Part shown: piece after piece, positions 57,313-64,000 of the stretch
Layout: every line of letters begins with the position of its first letter
Position numbering within the stretch: the stretch's first letter is position 1
Notes under the pieces: generated by a model
What the model saw: the letters and a program-made list of their open reading frames with translations, nothing else
Told to the model about the DNA's origin: nothing
Database searches by the model: none
DNA from: Longimicrobiales bacterium
GTDB taxonomy: Bacteria > Gemmatimonadota > Gemmatimonadetes > Longimicrobiales > RSA9
Reading direction: 5' to 3'
Length of the DNA: 64,000 bases
Assembly: GCA_035513295.1 (NCBI GenBank)
Contig: DATKCH010000103.1
Span: 2,852 to 66,851, forward strand
Position numbers and translations under genes: made by a program

Positions 57313-58701
57313 TTGTCATTCGAGATACCCCGGGACCTGATGGTGAGCGTGTCCGGCGTGCGCGGACGCGTCGGGGCGGGACTCACGCCGGAGGTCGTGG
57401 CGCGCTTCGCCGCCGCGTTCGGCGCGTACCTGGCCGAGGAAGCGCAAGCGACGCCGCTGGTCGTCATGGGGCGCGACTCGCGCACGTCGGGGCCGATGTT
57501 CGCGCGCGCCGCGTCCGCGGGCCTGATGTCCGTCGGCGCGCACGTCGTGGACATCGGCGTCGCGCCCACGCCGACGACGCTGTTCGCCATCCGGCCGCTG
57601 CGGGCGGACGGCGCCGTGGTCGTGACCGCCAGCCACAATCCGGTCGAATGGAACGCGCTGAAGTTCGCCTCCCGCGATGGCATGTTCCTCGACGCCGAAG
57701 AGGCGCAGCGCATGCGAGAGCACCTGCCGGACGGCGAACTCGCGCGCGCCGGCTGGGACGGACTCGGGAGCCACCGCAGGGAGGAGGGGGCGGTCGAGCG
57801 CCACCTCGAGGCGATCCTTTCGCTGCCGCTGCTGCACACCCCCGCGCTGCGCGCCAGGCGGTTCCGGGTCGCGCTGGACTGCGTGCGCGGCGCCGGGGGC
57901 CGGATCCTCCCGGAGCTCCTGGAGCGCCTCGGCTGCGAGGTCCTCGGCATCAACCTCGAGGCGGACGGGCGTTTCCCGCGCGAGCCCGAGCCGGTCGCGG
58001 CCAACCTCGGCGAGCTGTGCGAGCACGTCCGCGCGACCGGCGCGGACCTGGGCATGGCGACCGACCCGGACGCCGACCGGCTCTCGCTCGTGGACGAGAC
58101 CGGCGCCGCGATCGGCGAGGACTACACCCTGGCGATCGCCGCGTCGCTCGTCGTGAGGCGCCGGCCCGGCCCGATCGTCACGAACCTGTCCACGAGCGCC
58201 CTGCTGGATGACGTGGCCGGCCAGGCCGGGGTGGAGGTCGTGCGCGCGCCCGTCGGCGAGATCCACGTAGCGCGCAGGATGCAGCAGGTAGGCGCGCCCA
58301 TCGGCGGGGAGGGGAACGGCGGCGTCATCCTGCCCGACATCCACCACACGCGGGACGCCATGGTGGCTGCGGCGCTCACGCTACAGGCGCTGCTCGAGGC
58401 CGACAAGCCGCTGTCCGCGCTCACCCGCGAGTGGCCCTCCTATGCGATCGTCAAGGACAAGGCGCCGCGGGGCGAACGCGATCTCGCCGGTACCTACGAG
58501 ATCCTCGCGGCCCGTCTCGGAGCGCCCGCGCGGGACCGCCAGGACGGGCTGCGCCTGGCCTGGCCGGACGAGGGACGCTGGCTGCACCTGCGTCCGTCGG
58601 GGACCGAGCCGATCCTGCGGATCATCGCCGAAGCGCGCACCCCGGAAGCGGCTCGCCACCTGATCGAATCCGCGCGCGCCGCGCTGGCGGCGGCGGGGTA
58701 G
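57313..58701 (+). CDS. glmM: phosphoglucosamine mutase / phosphomannomutase family protein
   Basis: Active-site TASHNP, the metal loop DPDADR, and GGEGNGG. TTG start. It lies directly upstream of glmS, so GlmM function is an inference from context. Confidence 0.8.
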   Translation: MSFEIPRDLMVSVSGVRGRVGAGLTPEVVARFAAAFGAYLAEEAQATPLVVMGRDSRTSGPMFARAASAGLMSVGAHVVDIGVAPTPTTLFAIRPLRADGAVVVTASHNPVEWNALKFASRDGMFLDAEEAQRMREHLPDGELARAGWDGLGSHRREEGAVERHLEAILSLPLLHTPALRARRFRVALDCVRGAGGRILPELLERLGCEVLGINLEADGRFPREPEPVAANLGELCEHVRATGADLGMATDPDADRLSLVDETGAAIGEDYTLAIAASLVVRRRPGPIVTNLSTSALLDDVAGQAGVEVVRAPVGEIHVARRMQQVGAPIGGEGNGGVILPDIHHTRDAMVAAALTLQALLEADKPLSALTREWPSYAIVKDKAPRGERDLAGTYEILAARLGAPARDRQDGLRLAWPDEGRWLHLRPSGTEPILRIIAEARTPEAARHLIESARAALAAAG

Positions 58702-58731
58702 AGGACCCGGTAGATTTCTTGCAGCGCTGAC

Positions 58732-58753
58732 GCGCGCGCCGGCCGGCGCGCGC
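58732..58753. other. perfect 22-nt GC palindrome in the glmM-glmS spacer
   Basis: GCGCGCGCCGGCCGGCGCGCGC equals its own reverse complement. It lies 30 nt after the glmM stop and 27 nt before the glmS ATG, with no U-tract. Confidence 0.8.
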
Positions 58754-58780
58754 AAGCAAGGGAAAACCTGGAGACGCGGC

Positions 58781-60613
<1,833 letters not shown>

Positions 60614-60683
60614 TGCTCCTCGGGACCGGCGTGGATTCGGAGCCCGGGGACCTGGCCGCGGCGCCGCCGGGCCCGGTAGAGCC

Positions 60684-61139
60684 ATGCGCGTCGTCCTCCA
60701 GAGGGTGAGCCGCGCCGAGGTGCGCGTCGACGGCGAGGTCGTCGGCTCGACCGGGCGCGGCTTTCTCGTGCTGGCCGGCTTCCGAGCCGAGGACGGGGAG
60801 AGCGAACTCCGGTGGATGGCCGAGAAGATCCTCGGGCTGCGCCTCTTCGCCGACTCCGAGCGCAGGATGAACCTCTCTCTGCAGGACATCGCGGGCGACC
60901 TCCTCGTGGTCAGCCAGTTCACGCTGTACGGCGACGCCCGCAAGGGCCGCCGTCCGAGCTTCGTTCAGGCTGCCCCGCCCGACGTAGCGGTCCCGCTGTA
61001 CGAGCGGTTTCTGACGCTGCTGCGCGCCGCCGCGCCCGGCCGGGTGGCGGCGGGCCGCTTCGGTGCGATGATGGACGTCGAGCTCGTAAACGACGGGCCC
61101 GTCACGCTCACGCTGGAACGCGAGCCGCGCGCCCAATGA
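60684..61139 (+). CDS. dtd: D-aminoacyl-tRNA deacylase
   Basis: MRVVLQRV, SQFTLYGD..KG.RPSF and NDGPVT motifs. Confidence 0.93.
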   Translation: MRVVLQRVSRAEVRVDGEVVGSTGRGFLVLAGFRAEDGESELRWMAEKILGLRLFADSERRMNLSLQDIAGDLLVVSQFTLYGDARKGRRPSFVQAAPPDVAVPLYERFLTLLRAAAPGRVAAGRFGAMMDVELVNDGPVTLTLEREPRAQ

Positions 61140-61753
61140 GCGACAGACCGCTCGTCCTGGCGTCCGAGTCGCCCCGGCGCGCGCGCCTCCTCGCGATGCT
61201 GGGCATCCGGTTCGAGGTGCTCCCCGCGGACCTGGACGAGGAGCGCCGACCGTCGGAGCCGCCCGGCGGCTACGCGGAGCGGACCGCGCGGGAGAAGGCT
61301 TCGGCCGTGCGCGCGGACCGGCCCCGGTCGGTCATCCTCGCGGCCGATACGATCGTGGTGCTGGATGGCGAGGTGCTGGGCAAGCCGGCCGGCGTCGAAG
61401 AGGCCGTGCACATGCTCATGCGGCTCCAGGGTCGGTCCCACGAGGTGCAGACCGCCGTGGCGGTGGCCGGGCCCGACGGGTCGCTGCGCAGCGGCGTCGA
61501 GACCACGCGCGTGGCGGTCCGGCCCTTCGACGCGGCCACCGCGGCGTCCTACGCCGCGACCGGGGAGCCGCTCGACAAGGCAGGGGCGTACGGGATCCAG
61601 GGATACGGCGCGACCCTGGTCGAGGCGATCGAAGGCGACTTCTTCGCGGTGATGGGACTGCCGATCGTGCGCGCCCTGCGGTTGCTGGAGGAGGCCGGAT
61701 GGCGCTACCAGTTCCGCTCCCCGGGGACGTCCGCCGGCGCCCCGCCCGGATGA
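61136..61753 (+). CDS. maf: Maf-like nucleoside triphosphate pyrophosphatase
   Basis: LASESPRR, ILAADT.V, GKP, DKAGAYGIQG and GLP motifs. ATGA overlap with the dtd stop. Confidence 0.9.
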   Translation: MSDRPLVLASESPRRARLLAMLGIRFEVLPADLDEERRPSEPPGGYAERTAREKASAVRADRPRSVILAADTIVVLDGEVLGKPAGVEEAVHMLMRLQGRSHEVQTAVAVAGPDGSLRSGVETTRVAVRPFDAATAASYAATGEPLDKAGAYGIQGYGATLVEAIEGDFFAVMGLPIVRALRLLEEAGWRYQFRSPGTSAGAPPG

Positions 61754-61814
61754 ACCGCTCCCCGGAGCTCGCAGTGGCCCAACCCAGCGCGCCGATCGTC
61801 GAGGGGCCCGGGCG

Positions 61815-63299
61815 GTGACCCGCATCCTGGCGCTCGACCAGGGCACCACGGGAAGCACCGCGCTGGTCATCGACGGGCGCGGCCGGATCGTCTCGCGGGC
61901 GTACGCCGAGTTCACGCAGCACTACCCGCGCCCCGGCTGGGTCGAGCACGACGCGGCCGAGATCCGGGACGTGACATTCCGCGTGGCGGCGCAGGCGCTC
62001 CAGGCGGTCGGCGGCGGGGTCCCGGATGCGGTCGGCATCACCAACCAGCGCGAGACCGTCCTCCTCTGGGACCGCGCGTCGGGCGAGCCGGTGGGCCGCG
62101 CCATCGTCTGGCAGGACCGGCGCACCGCCGACCTCTGCCGGGAGCTGAAGCGGGAGGGCCGGGAAGAGTGGGTGCGCGCGCGCACGGGCCTCGTGCTGGA
62201 CCCGTACTTCTCGGCGACCAAGCTGGCGTGGATGCTGGAGCGCGACCCGGAGCTGCGCCGGCGCGCCGAAGCCGGCGAGCTCGCGGCCGGCACCATCGAC
62301 AGCTGGCTCGTATGGACGCTGACCGGGGGCGCCGTCCACGCCACGGACCCGACCAACGCGGCGCGCACGCTGCTCTACGACATCCACACTGGCGCCTGGT
62401 CGGATGAGCTCCTGGATCTCTTCGGGGTCCCGCGCGCGACGCTGCCGGAGGTGCGGCCCTCGGCCGGAGCCTTCGGGGTCGTGTCTACCGCGGCGCCCGG
62501 CGCCGGGGCGCCGATCGCCGGCATCGCCGGGGATCAGCAGGCCGCGCTGTTCGGCCAGGGGTGCTGGGAGCCGGGGCGCGCGAAGAGCACGTATGGAACC
62601 GGCGCGTTCCTGCTGATGCACACGGGCGCCGAGCCGGTCGAGTCGGACAACGGCCTGCTCACGACGGTCGCCTGCGACGCCCGCGGCGGGCCCGCGTACG
62701 CCCTGGAAGGCTCGATCTTCATTGCCGGGGCGGCGATCCAGTGGCTGCGCGACGAGCTCGGCGTCATCGACGCGGCCGCCGAGACCGAAGCGCTGGCGCG
62801 CTCGCTGGAGGACAACGCCGGCGTCTACCTGGTGCCCGCGTTCGCCGGGCTGGGAGCGCCCCACTGGCACGCCGACGCTCGCGGCATGGTCGTGGGTCTG
62901 ACGCGCGGGTCGGGACGCGCGCACCTGGCCCGCGCGGCGCTGGAGGCGATGGCCTACGGCACGCGCGAGGTGCTGGAGGCGATGGAGGCGGACGCGGGCC
63001 GACGCGCCCCGTCCCTGGCGGTGGACGGCGGGGCGAGCGCCAACGGGTGGTTCGTCGAGTTCCTGGCCGGCACGCTCGACATACCGGTGCTGCGGCCGCC
63101 GCAGATCGAGACCACCGCGCTGGGCGCAGCGGGACTCGCCGGCATCGGCGCGGGCGTGTGGACCGACGGCGACGCGTTCCTCGAGGCGCGCGGGGAATTC
63201 GAGCGTTTCGAGGCCACCCAGGAGCCGGCGACGCGCGCCGCCAACTGGCGCGGCTGGCGGCGCGCCGTGGCCGCCGCCGTCGCCTGGGCGAACGCCTGA
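61815..63299 (+). CDS. glpK: glycerol kinase
   Basis: LALDQGTTGST, GWVEHD, ITNQRET, WQDRRT, GTGAF and DGGAS motifs. GTG start. Confidence 0.95.
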   Translation: MTRILALDQGTTGSTALVIDGRGRIVSRAYAEFTQHYPRPGWVEHDAAEIRDVTFRVAAQALQAVGGGVPDAVGITNQRETVLLWDRASGEPVGRAIVWQDRRTADLCRELKREGREEWVRARTGLVLDPYFSATKLAWMLERDPELRRRAEAGELAAGTIDSWLVWTLTGGAVHATDPTNAARTLLYDIHTGAWSDELLDLFGVPRATLPEVRPSAGAFGVVSTAAPGAGAPIAGIAGDQQAALFGQGCWEPGRAKSTYGTGAFLLMHTGAEPVESDNGLLTTVACDARGGPAYALEGSIFIAGAAIQWLRDELGVIDAAAETEALARSLEDNAGVYLVPAFAGLGAPHWHADARGMVVGLTRGSGRAHLARAALEAMAYGTREVLEAMEADAGRRAPSLAVDGGASANGWFVEFLAGTLDIPVLRPPQIETTALGAAGLAGIGAGVWTDGDAFLEARGEFERFEATQEPATRAANWRGWRRAVAAAVAWANA

Positions 63300-63796
63300 T
63301 GCCGGCGCGCGAGGCCAGGGTCCCGCGTCCGCGGCGCATCGCCATCTGCGGGGGGACGGTGCCGTCCTCCGAGGAGCTGCGCCAGGCCGAAGCCGCGGGT
63401 CGGGCGCTCGCCGAAGCCGGCGCGATCCTGGTCTGCGGCGGGCTGGGCGGCGTGATGGCGGCCGCCTGCCGCGGCGCGGCCGACGCCGGCGGCACGACCA
63501 TCGGGGTGCTGCCGGGCCGCGACTCGGCGTCGGCGAACCCCTGGGTGGGGATCCCCCTCGCGTCCGGGTTGGGAGAGGCGCGCAACGCCCTCGTCGTGGC
63601 CTTCGCCGACGCCGTCATCGCGGTCGGCGGTTCGTGGGGCACGCTGTCCGAGGTCGCGCTCGCGCGCGCGACCGACCGCGCGGTCATCCTGGTGCAACCG
63701 GGCCTCACGGCGGGCCTTCCGCTGCCGGTCGCGCGGGACGGACCGGAGGCCGTCGCCATGGCGCTGGAGCGGTGCGCCGCGGCGGGTGCCGCGTGA
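63299..63796 (+). CDS. TIGR00725/LOG-like Rossmann-fold protein
   Basis: IAICGG...CGGLGGVMAA..RGA...GG.TIGVLPG and GGSWGTLSEVALA resemble the lysine-decarboxylase-like (LOG/DprA-related) family. 1-nt overlap with the glpK stop. Confidence 0.7.
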   Translation: MPAREARVPRPRRIAICGGTVPSSEELRQAEAAGRALAEAGAILVCGGLGGVMAAACRGAADAGGTTIGVLPGRDSASANPWVGIPLASGLGEARNALVVAFADAVIAVGGSWGTLSEVALARATDRAVILVQPGLTAGLPLPVARDGPEAVAMALERCAAAGAA

Positions 63797-64000
63797 ACGC
63801 TCGTCCGGCCGTCCTCACGTTCTGCCTGGCGGGGGTCGCCGCGGCCGGTCCCGGAGTGGCCGCGGCGCAGACGGCTTTCCTCCCGCTCGAGGCGCCCCCT
63901 GCTGGTCCACGCGCGGGCTCCCCGTTCGTGACCGCGCATGCCGGCCCGGTTCGGCCGTTCCCGGACGGCGGCGCGGTCCCGCCGCGGCGCGACCGGCGGG
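63793..64000 (+). CDS. partial ORF (5-prime end only), possible secreted protein
   Basis: GTG start in a GTGA overlap with the preceding stop. Signal-like VNARPAVLTFCLAGVAAAGPGVAAAQ. It runs off the window end. Confidence 0.3.
   Translation, partial: MNARPAVLTFCLAGVAAAGPGVAAAQTAFLPLEAPPAGPRAGSPFVTAHAGPVRPFPDGGAVPPRRDRR

Noticed and set aside
58702-58780. A glmS ribozyme upstream of glmS.
   Set aside because: The leader is only 79 nt and lacks the conserved ribozyme core. It contains only a simple GC palindrome.

Overview
This is a GC-rich window, roughly 70% G+C by eye (not computed), from a diderm bacterium. SurA, a TonB-dependent receptor and FtsEX with an EnvC-like partner support the diderm call. 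The phylum cannot be determined from sequence alone. Gene content and the heavy use of GTG/TTG starts would fit groups such as Gemmatimonadota, Acidobacteriota or Myxococcota.

The window is densely packed with about 59 protein-coding genes, most of them housekeeping:
- Nucleotide and cofactor synthesis: guaB, moaC, pdxA, ubiE/menG, purD.
- Replication, repair and translation: holB, mfd, mutM, a truncated UvrC/Cho-like gene, lepA, dtd, maf.
- Envelope and division: ftsE, ftsX, an EnvC-like gene, a surA-like gene, a second PpiC isomerase, mscL.
- Fe-S carriers: nfu and mrp.
- Amino-sugar and carbon metabolism: a glmM-like gene, glmS, glpK.
- Two Cys/Met PLP enzymes.

I saw no rRNA, tRNA, CRISPR array, transposase, integrase, phage gene or recognisable defence gene. 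Many long ORFs in the six-frame track are shadow or fused frames typical of high-GC DNA, and I did not call them.

Most of the region is ordinary. The items most worth a second look are:
1. A family of CTAG-bounded, strongly palindromic intergenic elements. One is about 353 bp and lies between surA and pdxA. A related 128-bp copy abuts the ECF sigma start codon.
2. A perfect 18-bp x2 AT-rich tandem repeat (about 28% GC). It has aberrant codon usage and sits at the junction between the anti-sigma gene and the downstream gene.
3. A translationally coupled chain: ROK kinase, PfkB kinase, STAS-HATPase fusion, STAS-like(DUF4325)/wHTH protein, TonB-dependent receptor. It looks like an uncharacterised partner-switching module embedded in a sugar-uptake operon.
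4. A shared AT-rich 15-mer, circularly permuted, upstream of moaC and upstream of nfu-mrp. The second site overlaps a Fur-box-like dyad.
5. Two paralogous uncharacterised proteins.

All functional calls come from motif recognition by eye. No database search was run.
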